Of a stretch of 64,000 nt of DNA, positions 9,527 to 19,804 are shown one piece after another (position 1 is the stretch's first letter; each line of letters opens with the position of its first letter). The translations under genes were made by a program, and so were the position numbers. The notes beneath the pieces are model-generated. The model made no database searches. It saw only the letters and a program-made list of their open reading frames with translations, and was not told the origin of the DNA. This DNA comes from Cyanobium sp. NIES-981 (lineage in GTDB: Bacteria > Cyanobacteriota > Cyanobacteriia > PCC-6307 > Cyanobiaceae): the NCBI GenBank assembly GCA_945896675.1, contig CAMDEM010000003.1, positions 25,000 through 88,999 on the forward strand, written 5' to 3'.

Positions 9527-10723
9527 TTAGCCAACCACCAGGGACAGGGTGGCCCTGTTGTTGGCCTGGTCTGCCGCCGGTTCAAGGATGTCCGCATGGG
9601 GATCGGCCACAACGTCAAGCCGGTGGGGCCCTGGCGCCAAGCAGAACGGCAGGGCGAAATCCTCACTCTCCCCGGCCGTCAGCCAGGGCAGGCGCACATA
9701 GCAATGGGAGCTGTAGAGGTCATCCAGCACCACCGCAACACCCACATCACTCACATCAAGTTGGCCGCGGTTGTGAATTCGAAACACCAGGGTCCCTTCA
9801 CCGCTAGCGCCGCAAATACCAGGCTTCCACGCCAAGGCCTCCACCGCAAGATCACTGCCGAGGTGGGTGATGGTGTTGAAGGGGTAGATCACCAAGGAAT
9901 CCAGCCCCACCAGGGAGCTCCCCCCGTGCTCGTGGTGCAAGTGGCCGCCGTGGCGAAGGTCCAGGCTGCAGCCGTGCAAGTGCAGGTGTTCTCCCGCTAC
10001 GGGTACCGTCAACCGTCCCAATTGCGGTTGGGTATCCCAAAAGCCACAGCCATCCCAAGCCGGGCTGGATCCGAGATCACGAATCGCCGCTATCCCAGCC
10101 GCCTCGCCAGGCTTGCCGCCAACGGTCGCTGGTGGCAAGGCAGCATCCCCAACCCGAAAGTGCTTGAGGGCGGCGTAAATACTCCGGCCATCGCCTTGGC
10201 TCACCCCTGCATCTGCCACCGTGATGGCTTGATTACGGCGGCGTTCTCCCAGGCAGAGCTTGGATGCCACGGTGTAAACGAGGCTGATCCAGCGCGACAC
10301 CAACCGAAGGCCATAGACAGGAGCCTCAGGCAAGCGCTGATCGGCCTTCAGGGCAGCGATCGCCCGACCAATCACCGCTTGCAGCGCCTCACCCGGCTGC
10401 ACGGCCAAGGCCTGAAAATCCTCTGCGCTCAAGGCTTGGCCCAAGCCTGAGCTATCGGCACTGAAACAGACATAGGGGAAATGGTGCAGGCCTTCACCGG
10501 GGATCAACTCCTCAACACCACCAGCCTCTGGCTGGGCCTTGTACACCCGACTCCTGCCCCCTGCCCTGTCATGCAAAAAAGCAAGTTCACCGTTGTCATA
10601 GCTCGTGGTCGTTCCCATCCCCAGCACATCTCCCGCCAAGGGGATGCGCTCCAACGGAATGTGCTCACGCACATCACCCTCAATGAGGTCAGTGATGCTG
10701 TTAGCAATCCAGAGGTGGCCCAT
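9527..10723 (-). CDS. hypothetical: alpha-acetolactate decarboxylase-like (ALDC/PPC fold) domain fused to C-terminal CARDB domain
   Basis: NSITDLIEG..GDVLGMGT..DNGELAFL..VYKA and GEHLHLH-x-GGH; C-terminal DLAV..IHNRG..LTAGES..GPHRLDVVADP..ILE..NN. Confidence 0.6.
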   Translation of the reverse strand: MGHLWIANSITDLIEGDVREHIPLERIPLAGDVLGMGTTTSYDNGELAFLHDRAGGRSRVYKAQPEAGGVEELIPGEGLHHFPYVCFSADSSGLGQALSAEDFQALAVQPGEALQAVIGRAIAALKADQRLPEAPVYGLRLVSRWISLVYTVASKLCLGERRRNQAITVADAGVSQGDGRSIYAALKHFRVGDAALPPATVGGKPGEAAGIAAIRDLGSSPAWDGCGFWDTQPQLGRLTVPVAGEHLHLHGCSLDLRHGGHLHHEHGGSSLVGLDSLVIYPFNTITHLGSDLAVEALAWKPGICGASGEGTLVFRIHNRGQLDVSDVGVAVVLDDLYSSHCYVRLPWLTAGESEDFALPFCLAPGPHRLDVVADPHADILEPAADQANNRATLSLVVG

Positions 10724-10727
10724 TCAC

Positions 10728-11963
10728 TTAGGGATTGAGAAGCTTCCCCAGTAGAGCAAGCTCGCGGCCCTGCTGTTGCATCAAGCCCCAGCGCACGCCC
10801 CAGGGCGCAGTCGCAAACAGGCGCAGCATCGCCACCACCAGCTCCGGCAGGTTCAAGGTATTGGTGAGGAACCCATACCACTGCTCCTGGGGCAGGGCAA
10901 AGAAGGTGGCGAAAAACTGGCGCAGCTGGGCGGACGGATACCGCATCAACTTCTCCAAGCCAAAGCAGTAGAGGGCATGCTTGCGGCGCAACTCCAAAGG
11001 CCAGAGGGCCTGCCACGCCATCGCCGCCACCGCCGGGCTCGTCAGGGCCGGATCGGCCAATCCCTGGGCGATCGCAGCGGCGAGGGCGGGGGCCCGGCGC
11101 AGCAAGGAACCCACCATGTAGCCCGAAGCCGGGTGCACCATGCTGGCGGCACCGCCAAATCCCACCACCTGCTGGCTGAGATCCGGCAAGGGCAGGTTCA
11201 TCGGGAACAGGCAGAACTCCTCGTGCTCCACCTGCTCCACCCGGATGCCGCCATGGGCCAGGCGCCGATGCAGCCGATCCTTGAGCACCTCAAAGGGCAC
11301 GGGAGGAGCCAGGGCCAGCGAGGTTTCTTCCGCAAAGAACAGGCCATCACCCAGGTCCATCGCATAGAGAAAAGTGGGGGCACCGGCTTGGTCTTCCCCC
11401 TCCCCCAGGTGGTCGCTGCGGTAGTCCATCAACACGAATTGCCCGCTCTCCACAGGCGGGGCACTGAAGCGACCCACCACGCCATAGGCCGCCTGACCAG
11501 CCACCGGCCCCTGGTCTGGGCGCTGCACAAACACGGGCTGATGGCCTGAGGCATCCACCACCAACCGGGCTTGAAGCTGCTGGCCGCAGGCCGTGGCCAA
11601 GGTGGAGACCTGCCTGCCATGGTCCAGGGCTATGGCCTGGCCCTGATGCCAGACCATCGCGCCGGCGGCACAGATCGCAAGCCAATGGTTCTGAAGCTTG
11701 GTCCTGTCGAACAAGCCGTAGTCGAGGCCGTGGCGCAGGGGTTGGTCGTTGAAATAGCTGAGCGAGTCGCTCCAGCGATGGCCCAAAAGCCCCCCAAGCC
11801 CGAGACGGTCCACTTCCCGGCCCCAGATGCCGTAGGTGTTCCGCCAGGGCTCAGCAGGATCCTGGGCACTTAGGCCATGGACCTCCAGTCCCCGGCTGAC
11901 CAACTCGCTGGCGATGGCGAGGGCCGCTGGACCCGCACCAATCACCAGGACATCGGCGATCAC
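10728..11963 (-). CDS. crtL: lycopene cyclase (CrtL type)
   Basis: [46 protein letters not shown]. Confidence 0.93.
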   Translation of the reverse strand: MIADVLVIGAGPAALAIASELVSRGLEVHGLSAQDPAEPWRNTYGIWGREVDRLGLGGLLGHRWSDSLSYFNDQPLRHGLDYGLFDRTKLQNHWLAICAAGAMVWHQGQAIALDHGRQVSTLATACGQQLQARLVVDASGHQPVFVQRPDQGPVAGQAAYGVVGRFSAPPVESGQFVLMDYRSDHLGEGEDQAGAPTFLYAMDLGDGLFFAEETSLALAPPVPFEVLKDRLHRRLAHGGIRVEQVEHEEFCLFPMNLPLPDLSQQVVGFGGAASMVHPASGYMVGSLLRRAPALAAAIAQGLADPALTSPAVAAMAWQALWPLELRRKHALYCFGLEKLMRYPSAQLRQFFATFFALPQEQWYGFLTNTLNLPELVVAMLRLFATAPWGVRWGLMQQQGRELALLGKLLNP

Positions 11964-14587
11964 TCCGTGATCACATTCGCTGGGCTTGCCTCAGCAGCCG
12001 GTGCTTCAGGGCCGTCCTCCTCCTCAGCGGCAGGGGGCACCAACACCACTTCCGAGAGTCGATCGCCGGAGTCGAGCTTCTGCAGGCGCACGCCCGTGGC
12101 CGCCCGCGATTGCTGGGGAATGGCATCGGCCTTGGTCCGCACGATCACCCCCCGCTCGCTCACCAGCAGAAGCTCCTCTCCAGCCCCAAGCACCTTCAGC
12201 CCCACCAACACATCACCATCACGGCGGAACTTGATCGCCCGCAGGCCCATGCCGGCCCGCTTTTGCAGGCGGAACTGATCCACCGGCACCCGCTTACCCA
12301 AACCACTGGCCGAAGCCACCAGCACCCAGGGGCCCTCGCTCGCCCCCACCTCATCGGCCAGTTCGCCGGTTAGTTCAACGTCGCCGTCATCGTCTGCAAG
12401 GGGTGCGACATTGGCCACCCGATCAGCCAACTCGGCAGGCAACACATCCATGCTCACCAGCTGATCGCCACCACGCAGATTCATGGCCCGCACACCCCGG
12501 GCCGTACGGCCCAGGGGACGCAATTCACTGTCATTGAGACGGAAGTGGATCGTCATGCCCTTGAGCGAACCGATCAGCACGCTGTCGCCAGGCAAGGCCA
12601 GGCGCACCCAGGTGAGGGCATCGCCCTCCTCCAGGGAGATGGCAATCAATCCATTGGAGCGAATGTTGGAGAAGGCCGACAGCCGGGTGCGCTTGACGTA
12701 GCCACCGCTGGTGAGCATCACCAGCACGCCGTCTTCCTCAAAGGCGCTCACGGCCAACAGCGAGGTGATCTGCTCTTCCCGGGGGATGGGCAACAGCTGC
12801 ACAATCGGCGTGCCCTTCGCGGCCCGGCTGCACATCGGTACCCGATAGGCCGGCACTGAATACACCACCCCGCGATCGCTAAACAGCAACAGGGAGTCGT
12901 GGTCGTTGCAGCTGATGAACAGCCTCACCGCCTCCTCACCCTGGCTCTTGGTGCCGGCCTTTCCCCGGGTGCCCCGGCTGGTGGCCTCAAACTCATTGAC
13001 CGGCATCCGCTTGAGATAGCCGGTTTCGGTGAGCATCACCACCGAGCGCTCATTGGCGATTAGGTCGATATCTTCGAGGCCCCCCTCGAGGTCAAGAATT
13101 TCCGTGCGACGGGGCGATAGGTACTTGGCGCGGATGGCCTGGAGCTCCTCCACAATGATGCCGAGCACCCTCTCGCGGCGGCCGAGGATGTCCTTGTAGT
13201 CGGCGATTTTGGCGACCAGATCCTCATGCTCGAGCCGAATCTTGTCGGCCTCCAAGGCGGTGAGCCGCCGCAACTGCATCTGCAGGATCGCGTCTGACTG
13301 GATCTCGCTCAGCCCATGGCGCTCCTGGAGCTGTATGCGGGCTGTGGCCGCATCGGACGCCGCCCGGATCAGGGCAATGATTGGATCGAGCTGGTCGAGG
13401 GCCAGCAGCAGGCCCAGCAGGATGTGGTCCCGTTCCTCTGCTTTGCGCAGGAGGTAGCGGGTGCGACGCTCAATGGTCTGAATCCGGAAGTCGAGGAACA
13501 CCCGCAGCATCTTGCTGAGGGTGAGCAGCACGGGCTCGCTATTCACCAGCGCCAACATGTAGGCGCTGAAATTATTTTGTAAGGGGGTGAGTTTGAACAG
13601 GTTGTTCAGCACCACCTGGGGATAGGCGTCGCGACGCAGCTCGATCACGATCCGCATGCCATCGCGGTCGCTTTCATCGCGAATATCAGCAATCCCCTCG
13701 AGCTTCTTGTCATTCACCAATTCGGCGATCCGCTCGATCAGGGCAGCCTTGTTGGTTTGGTAAGGAAGCTCGGTAATGATCACCGCATCGCGGTCAGGGC
13801 GCCCTTTGGCCTCGACCGTTTCAATCGAAGCCACACCGCGCATGGTCACCGAACCACGGCCGGTGGTGTAGGTCTCGCGGATGCCGCGGCGACCCAGGAT
13901 CTGCCCGCCGGTTGGGAAATCGGGACCAGGGATGATCGCCAACAACTGTTGATCGCTGATTTCAGGGTTGGCAATCAGGGCCAACATGCCGTCGATCAAT
14001 TCGGTCAGGTTGTGGGGCGGGATGTTGGTGGCCATACCCACCGCAATGCCAGCCGAACCGTTCAAAAGGAGCTGGGGGATGCGCGCCGGCATCACCGTGG
14101 GCTCCTGCTGGGAACCGTCAAAGTTGTCGGCGAAATCGACCGTTTCGGCCTCGATGTCTTCCAACAAGGCGTCGGTGGTCAGCGACTGCAGCCGGGATTC
14201 GGTGTACCGCATGGCCGCCGGTGGGTCGTTGTCCACCGAGCCGAAGTTGCCATGCCCATCGATCAGGGGCATGCGCATCGAAAAGTCCTGGGCCATCCGC
14301 ACCAGGGCGTCGTAAACGGCCGTATCCCCGTGGGGGTGGTACTTACCCAGCACCTCACCCACCACCCGGGCGCATTTCCGATAGGGCCGATCGCTGGTGA
14401 GACCCAGCTCGTACATCGCATAGAGGATGCGGCGATGCACGGGTTTGAGGCCATCGCGGGCATCGGGGAGGGCCCGTCCCACAATCACGCTCATCGCATA
14501 CTCCAAGTAGGAGCGCGACATCTCGTTGCGGAGGTCGGTCTGAATGATCCGTTCGTCGGAACTACCGGGTCCGGTGGTTTCCGCCAT
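11960..14587 (-). CDS. gyrA: DNA gyrase subunit A
   Basis: [27 protein letters not shown] catalytic Tyr, GyrA-box-like TSRGTRG, beta-pinwheel CTD. Confidence 0.97.
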   Translation of the reverse strand: MAETTGPGSSDERIIQTDLRNEMSRSYLEYAMSVIVGRALPDARDGLKPVHRRILYAMYELGLTSDRPYRKCARVVGEVLGKYHPHGDTAVYDALVRMAQDFSMRMPLIDGHGNFGSVDNDPPAAMRYTESRLQSLTTDALLEDIEAETVDFADNFDGSQQEPTVMPARIPQLLLNGSAGIAVGMATNIPPHNLTELIDGMLALIANPEISDQQLLAIIPGPDFPTGGQILGRRGIRETYTTGRGSVTMRGVASIETVEAKGRPDRDAVIITELPYQTNKAALIERIAELVNDKKLEGIADIRDESDRDGMRIVIELRRDAYPQVVLNNLFKLTPLQNNFSAYMLALVNSEPVLLTLSKMLRVFLDFRIQTIERRTRYLLRKAEERDHILLGLLLALDQLDPIIALIRAASDAATARIQLQERHGLSEIQSDAILQMQLRRLTALEADKIRLEHEDLVAKIADYKDILGRRERVLGIIVEELQAIRAKYLSPRRTEILDLEGGLEDIDLIANERSVVMLTETGYLKRMPVNEFEATSRGTRGKAGTKSQGEEAVRLFISCNDHDSLLLFSDRGVVYSVPAYRVPMCSRAAKGTPIVQLLPIPREEQITSLLAVSAFEEDGVLVMLTSGGYVKRTRLSAFSNIRSNGLIAISLEEGDALTWVRLALPGDSVLIGSLKGMTIHFRLNDSELRPLGRTARGVRAMNLRGGDQLVSMDVLPAELADRVANVAPLADDDGDVELTGELADEVGASEGPWVLVASASGLGKRVPVDQFRLQKRAGMGLRAIKFRRDGDVLVGLKVLGAGEELLLVSERGVIVRTKADAIPQQSRAATGVRLQKLDSGDRLSEVVLVPPAAEEEDGPEAPAAEASPANVITE

Positions 14588-14653
14588 GCATGACCGCCTT
14601 AAGCAACGATCAGTTTATCGGCACCCCCTGCACTTGTCCGAACTCGGAGCCCC

Positions 14654-15808
14654 GTGAGCCTGCCGATCCGCACTGAAGCCCAGTTACGCCAACGCCAGGA
14701 GCGGGGTCAGCTGACGGTCCGCGCCGCCGCGGAGTTCCGAGATTTGGTCGAAAAAGCTGGCCTGGAGGAGGCCTACGCCCATACCGATGTGGTGGTGGCC
14801 GCCGATGCGTGCTTTACGGACCAGGCCAGCCTGCACGTGGGCCTGGGTCCGACGGATCCACCGATTCGCCTGCGATCCGCCCAACTGGCCGGGGTCAGCG
14901 CTAGCTGCGGCCACGGCAGCACGGATTTCATGCTGCCCATGGGCGGCGGTCTCGCAGAGCCGGTCCGCCACGGTGGGGCCCAGGTTCTCGGGGCCCTGCT
15001 GGCGGGGGCAAGCGTTCCCCTCTCTGCCCTTGGCGACGGAACGGCCCTCCATCCCCGCCGGGAACTCCACACCGAGCTCAGCCTGGAACGCATCGCCGCC
15101 GGGCGCCTGCTGCTGCACCGGGGCATTAGCGAAAACGGGGTGGTGGCCACCAGCAGCGCCGAAGGCTTAACCGCCAGCCCCTACGGCCCGCTGCTGGGGC
15201 CCTTCACCAGCGGGCTCTTTTCCTGTGGCGGTGCCGGCAGCATCGGGCTCACCATGCCTGGCCTCTCCCTGCTCGGCCCCGGATCCCCCGTACTGGTTGG
15301 TGGGGCCGTCGGCTGGGTGGTGGGCAGTGGCAGCGGCCACAACCCAAAGGTCAAACGCCAGACATCAGGCCATGCCCTGAGCCCGGGATGTGCGGCCGCC
15401 CTCAGCGTGGATCTGCACGACCTCCAAGCCCAGTGGGTGCGGCCCTGCTTTTTTGAGGGTCACGGCAGTGGTCTGCTCGTGGCCATCGCCGCACCGGTGC
15501 CCCTGATCAACGAATCGGTGGCTCGCCAGGCCGCCACCGGCAACGACGCCCTAGAAGCGCCCGTGCTGGATCTGGCGATCCCAAGGCGGCTGAAGCCCAG
15601 CCTGGGAACGGCCCGCTACAGCGACCTTCTGGCCGGTGAACTGCACATCAAGGGTCGGGCGATCAGCTGTGCTCCCGCCCACAGTCCAAGGATGGCCGCG
15701 GCCATCGGCCAAGAGCTGATCACCCGCATCACGAGCGGGCACTTCCCACTAAGCCTGCCCCTCCAACCCTTGAATCCCAGGCCAACCCTGGTAGCGCTTG
15801 AGGCCTAA
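14654..15808 (+). CDS. DUF39 / homocysteine-biosynthesis sulfurtransferase-family protein (divergent)
   Basis: TDVVV, TDPPIRL, HGGAQVL, GTALHPR, LVGGAVGWVVG, IAAPVPL align by eye with the COG1900 family. Confidence 0.75.
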   Translation: MSLPIRTEAQLRQRQERGQLTVRAAAEFRDLVEKAGLEEAYAHTDVVVAADACFTDQASLHVGLGPTDPPIRLRSAQLAGVSASCGHGSTDFMLPMGGGLAEPVRHGGAQVLGALLAGASVPLSALGDGTALHPRRELHTELSLERIAAGRLLLHRGISENGVVATSSAEGLTASPYGPLLGPFTSGLFSCGGAGSIGLTMPGLSLLGPGSPVLVGGAVGWVVGSGSGHNPKVKRQTSGHALSPGCAAALSVDLHDLQAQWVRPCFFEGHGSGLLVAIAAPVPLINESVARQAATGNDALEAPVLDLAIPRRLKPSLGTARYSDLLAGELHIKGRAISCAPAHSPRMAAAIGQELITRITSGHFPLSLPLQPLNPRPTLVALEA

Positions 15809-15855
15809 GGCCCCGCCTAAACTGCGTTTCGACGTTTCAAGCCGATCGGGCGACC

Positions 15856-16206
15856 ATGGCCCACGACGATCAAAGCCAAGACGCACCCGGCCAGGACGGT
15901 GGGGAGTGGCAGATGCTCACAACCAAGCTTGCGGATTGGGCCGCCAGTGATGCCCCCCAAACCCTCTGGCAGCAACTGCAATCGCCTCTGAAGGCCTTGG
16001 CCGTGCTGCTCGGCGCCCTGTTTGTCTTGCGCCTCTACGCAGCGATGCTGGGCGCCCTGGAAGGGGTGCCGTTGCTTGCCGGCCTCCTGGAACTCACGGC
16101 CCTGGTCTGGATCGCCCGCCATGGCGCCCCGGCCCTACTTCGCCGTGAGGAACGGCAGACGTTGATCGACCAGCTCAGCCAACGTTGGCAGCGCCTACGC
16201 CAATAG
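15856..16206 (+). CDS. CAAD domain (CurT-like) thylakoid protein
   Basis: amphipathic helix, two TMs, VPLLAGLLEL, LLRREERQTL. Confidence 0.8.
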   Translation: MAHDDQSQDAPGQDGGEWQMLTTKLADWAASDAPQTLWQQLQSPLKALAVLLGALFVLRLYAAMLGALEGVPLLAGLLELTALVWIARHGAPALLRREERQTLIDQLSQRWQRLRQ

Positions 16207-16256
16207 GGCCAGGCCGCAGGCAACTTGATAGGTTGCACCGAATACGGAAGTTTCAG

Positions 16257-17420
16257 GTGGACATCCAGCTCGGTCGCTCCCGCACTGTTCGTCGCGCCTA
16301 CGGCATCGATGAAATTGCCCTGGTTCCCGGCGGTCGCACAGTGGATCCTGCCATTACCGACAGCAGCTGGACCCTGGGCGGGGTAACCCGGGAGATCCCA
16401 ATTATTGCCAGCGCCATGGATGGCGTTGTCGACGTGGCGATGTGCGTCGAGCTGGCCAAGCTCGGAGCCCTGGGGGTGCTGAACATCGAAGGGGTCCAAT
16501 GCCGCTATGACGATCCCAACCCCGTGTTGGATCGCATTGCTGCCGTTGGCAAAGAGGAGTTCGTGCCCTTGATGCAGGAGCTCTACAGCCAACCGGTCAG
16601 GGAAGACTTAATTCGTCAGCGCATTGGCGAAATCAAGCAAAAAGGTGGCATCGCCGCCGTGAGCGCAACCCCCGTTGCGGCCCTCAAATTCGGCAAGGCC
16701 ATCGCCGAAGCCGGTGCCGATCTCTTCTTCGTGCAGGCCACCGTGGTCAGCACCGAGCACATCGGTCCGGAAGGCCAGGCCACCCTCGATCTGGCCACCC
16801 TCTGCCGCGAGATGGGGGTTCCCGTGATCCTCGGCAACTGCGTCACCTACGACGTCGCCCTTCAATTAATGCGTGCCGGCGCCGCTGGGGTGATGGTAGG
16901 CATCGGACCTGGCGCCGCCTGCACATCCCGCGGTGTTCTTGGCATCGGCATTCCCCAGGCCACCTCGGTGGCCGACTGCGCTGCAGCCCGCGACGACTAC
17001 TTCAAAGAAAGCGGTCGCTACGTGCCCATCGTGGCCGATGGCGGCATCGTCACGGGCGGCGACATCTGCAAGTGCCTGGCCTGCGGGGCCGATGCCGTGA
17101 TGATCGGATCCCCCATTGCCCGGGCCGTCGAAGCCCCCGGCCGCGGTTTCCACTGGGGCATGGCCACCCCAAGCCCGGTGCTGCCCCGCGGCACCCGCAT
17201 CAAGGTGGGCACCACCGGCAGCCTGGAAAAAATCCTGCGGGGTCCTGCAGGTCTCGATGACGGCACCCAGAACCTGCTGGGCTGCATCAAGACCTCGATG
17301 GGCACCCTGGGAGCCCGCACCCTTAAGGAAATGCAGCAGGTGGAAGTGGTGGTTGCCCCTTCCTTGCTCACGGAGGGCAAGGTTTACCAAAAAGCCCAAC
17401 AGCTAGGGATGGGCAAGTAG
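16257..17420 (+). CDS. guaB: GuaB3-family IMP dehydrogenase
   Basis: AYGIDEIALVP, IIASAMDGV, GIGPGAACTSR, ADGGI, WGMAT; GTG start at 16257. Confidence 0.93.
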   Translation: MDIQLGRSRTVRRAYGIDEIALVPGGRTVDPAITDSSWTLGGVTREIPIIASAMDGVVDVAMCVELAKLGALGVLNIEGVQCRYDDPNPVLDRIAAVGKEEFVPLMQELYSQPVREDLIRQRIGEIKQKGGIAAVSATPVAALKFGKAIAEAGADLFFVQATVVSTEHIGPEGQATLDLATLCREMGVPVILGNCVTYDVALQLMRAGAAGVMVGIGPGAACTSRGVLGIGIPQATSVADCAAARDDYFKESGRYVPIVADGGIVTGGDICKCLACGADAVMIGSPIARAVEAPGRGFHWGMATPSPVLPRGTRIKVGTTGSLEKILRGPAGLDDGTQNLLGCIKTSMGTLGARTLKEMQQVEVVVAPSLLTEGKVYQKAQQLGMGK

Positions 17421-17424
17421 GTCC

Positions 17425-17430
17425 TATCTT
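17425..17430 (+). promoter_or_regulatory. -10 element (TATCTT) of Yfr1
   Basis: TAnnnT hexamer 6 nt before the predicted Yfr1 5' end. Confidence 0.55.
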
Positions 17431-17436
17431 GAATTT

Positions 17437-17495
17437 GTGGGGGCTACGGCTCGCACACTCCTCACACCCTCCGGCCCGGCGCGTCCGGGCTTTTT
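17437..17495 (+). ncRNA. yfr1: Yfr1 cyanobacterial small RNA
   Basis: 5' hairpin, unpaired ACTCCTCACAC (17457-17467), terminator GCCCGG..CCGGGC-TTTTT; located between guaB and trxA. Confidence 0.93.
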
Positions 17496-17602
17496 GTCTT
17501 CTCCTGCAGGCCCCAATTCCGCCAGCCTGCAACGCTTCCCTAAAATCGGTGGTTGCCAACAAACAACCTTGCTAGATTCCGAGAACCCTGGTCCCTGCAA
17601 GG

Positions 17603-17926
17603 ATGTCGAGCGCCACCGCAGTCACTGACGCATCATTCGAGCAAGACGTGCTCAAGAGCGATGTGCCCGTGCTGGTTGATTTCTGGGCCCCCTGGTGTGG
17701 CCCCTGCCGCATGGTGGCTCCAATCGTCGACGAAATCTCCAAGGAATTCGAAGGCAAAATCAAGGTCTTCAAGCTGAACACCGACGAAAACCCCAACGTC
17801 GCCAGCCAGTACGGGATCCGCAGCATCCCCACCTTGATGATCTTCAAAGGCGGCCAAAAGGTCGACACCGTGGTGGGTGCGGTGCCCAAGACCACCCTGT
17901 CCGGCACGATCTCCAAATACCTCTGA
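17603..17926 (+). CDS. trxA: thioredoxin m-type
   Basis: [18 protein letters not shown]. Confidence 0.97.
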   Translation: MSSATAVTDASFEQDVLKSDVPVLVDFWAPWCGPCRMVAPIVDEISKEFEGKIKVFKLNTDENPNVASQYGIRSIPTLMIFKGGQKVDTVVGAVPKTTLSGTISKYL

Positions 17927-17987
17927 CCCAGCAGCCCTGAGGCTCGGCCTGCAGCATCCCAGGCCAGAGGCAACCCGCGAGCACAGC

Positions 17988-18608
17988 ATGAGCCGGATTG
18001 GCCTGATCGACTACGGCATGGGCAATCTGCATTCCGTGCAGCGCGCCTTTGAACGGATCGGCTCCAGCGTGGTTTCCGTGCACGACTTAGGCGCCATGGA
18101 AGCCTGCGACGGCCTAGTGCTGCCTGGCGTTGGAGCCTTTGACCCTGCCATGGAGCGGCTGAATGCCAGTGGCCTGGCCCCAGCCATCCAAACCTGGTGC
18201 CAGGCGGGCAAGCCCCTACTCGGGATCTGTCTGGGCTTACAACTGCTGTTCGAGGCCAGTGACGAGGGGGTACTGCCTGGGCTGGGCCTGATCAAAGGCC
18301 GGGTGGTGGCGCTACCGCGCAAACCCGGCCATCCCATTCCCCACATGGGCTGGGAACGACTGGCCCCCGCCGAGCCCAGCCCCTTGATCCCAGCTGGCAG
18401 CGGCGAGAGCTGGGTGTATTTCGTGCACTCCTATGCCGCAAGCCCCAGAGATCCGCGCTGCACCACCGCCCTGGTGAACTTCGCGGACCAAGCGGTCACC
18501 GCGGCGGTCTGGCAAGGGGCCATTGGGGCCTGCCAATTCCATCCGGAAAAATCTGGCGATGCGGGGGAGGCCATCCTGCGGCGCTGGCTCACCTGGCTGC
18601 AGGCATGA
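17988..18608 (+). CDS. hisH: imidazole glycerol phosphate synthase glutaminase subunit
   Basis: IDYGMGNLHSV, PGVGAF, GICLG, PHMGW, YFVHSY, QFHPEKS. Confidence 0.96.
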   Translation: MSRIGLIDYGMGNLHSVQRAFERIGSSVVSVHDLGAMEACDGLVLPGVGAFDPAMERLNASGLAPAIQTWCQAGKPLLGICLGLQLLFEASDEGVLPGLGLIKGRVVALPRKPGHPIPHMGWERLAPAEPSPLIPAGSGESWVYFVHSYAASPRDPRCTTALVNFADQAVTAAVWQGAIGACQFHPEKSGDAGEAILRRWLTWLQA

Positions 18609-18615
18609 GCGCCCC

Positions 18616-19245
18616 ATGACCCTGCGCATCAGTGGCGGGCGCAAACTCCTCAGCCCCCCTGGGGAGATCGCCAGGCCCACCGCTTCGAGGGTGCGGCTGG
18701 CGGTGATGAACCTGCTGGCCCATGAGCTGCCCGGTTGCCGCTGGCTGGATCTCTGCTGCGGCAGTGGCGTGATGGCCTGCGAGGCCATCCAACGGGGGGC
18801 CGGGGCGGTGGTCGCCATCGAGCAAGACCGACGCATCGCGGCGATTGCCAAGGCGAACCTCGAAGTCGTTGCCCAAGGCACCGCCGGCAAATCCCACTTT
18901 TGGGTGCACTGCAGCGACGTGAAACGCTGGCTCGCCAAGGGGGCTGGGGCGAGCGCAGATTCAACGAGAGGGGGGGGTAGGGCCTTTGATCTGATCTATG
19001 CCGACCCCCCCTATGCCGCCGAGCTGTATGGCGCGATCGCCACCGGGGTAAGCCGGGGGGGATGGCTCAAGCCGAACGGGCTGATGGTCTGGGAATGTGC
19101 CACAACCAAACCCCCCAACCTTCCGGCTGGATGGCAGCTAGCCGACCAACGGCGCTACGGCAGCACTAGCGTGATGGTCCTCAAGCTGGATTCAGCTGTC
19201 GAGGATGGTGCCGCGACGGTATTGGTTCCAGGCAGCCACGAATAG
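18616..19245 (+). CDS. rsmD: 16S rRNA m2G966 methyltransferase
   Basis: [21 protein letters not shown]. Confidence 0.88.
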   Translation: MTLRISGGRKLLSPPGEIARPTASRVRLAVMNLLAHELPGCRWLDLCCGSGVMACEAIQRGAGAVVAIEQDRRIAAIAKANLEVVAQGTAGKSHFWVHCSDVKRWLAKGAGASADSTRGGGRAFDLIYADPPYAAELYGAIATGVSRGGWLKPNGLMVWECATTKPPNLPAGWQLADQRRYGSTSVMVLKLDSAVEDGAATVLVPGSHE

Positions 19246-19305
19246 GCCAAGCAAGGTCACGGGAATCAGTCCGAGAACGATGCCGCAAAGCAGGGGTTCG
19301 ATCAT
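19192..19305 (-). CDS. petG: cytochrome b6f subunit V (not in ORF track)
   Basis: translates [37 protein letters not shown]. Confidence 0.95.
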   Translation of the reverse strand: MIEPLLCGIVLGLIPVTLLGLFVAAWNQYRRGTILDS

Positions 19306-19380
19306 GGAAAGCCAGGTGACACGGTCCGATCACAATTCTTTCACGCCCAGGGCCACTGGTGCGAGCCATTTCCACCAACT

Positions 19381-19803
19381 GTGACTAGCGAGTTCCCCCC
19401 CACCAAATCCCTTAGCAAATCGTCCACCGAACCGTCGTTGGACGATTCGGTGCAACGGCGCAGCCTGATCGCGGCCCTGGTCGTCGCCGCCGCCATCGCT
19501 TGCATCGCCGTGGTGCTGCTGGTGTTACCGGCGACCAACAGGGATCCCTACACCCGCCAAACCCTCGATCTCCAGGGGTCGGCAGAGAACGGCGGCAAGT
19601 TGTTTCTGATCAATTGCGCTGGCTGCCATGGAATTGCGGGCCAGGGCCTGGTGGGGCCCAACCTGCACGCCGTTGCCAACCGCAAAAACCAGCGCCAACT
19701 GATTCAGCAGGTGGTCAGTGGCAAAACCCCACCCATGCCCCGGTTCCAACCGGAGCCCCAGGCAATGGCCGACCTGCTGGCCTATCTCAACAGCCTGGTC
19801 TGA
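19381..19803 (+). CDS. cytM: c-type cytochrome, cytochrome cM-like
   Basis: N-terminal TM, CAGCH heme motif, GPNL, TPPMP axial Met; divergent from petG. Confidence 0.75.
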   Translation: MTSEFPPTKSLSKSSTEPSLDDSVQRRSLIAALVVAAAIACIAVVLLVLPATNRDPYTRQTLDLQGSAENGGKLFLINCAGCHGIAGQGLVGPNLHAVANRKNQRQLIQQVVSGKTPPMPRFQPEPQAMADLLAYLNSLV

Positions 19804-19804
19804 G

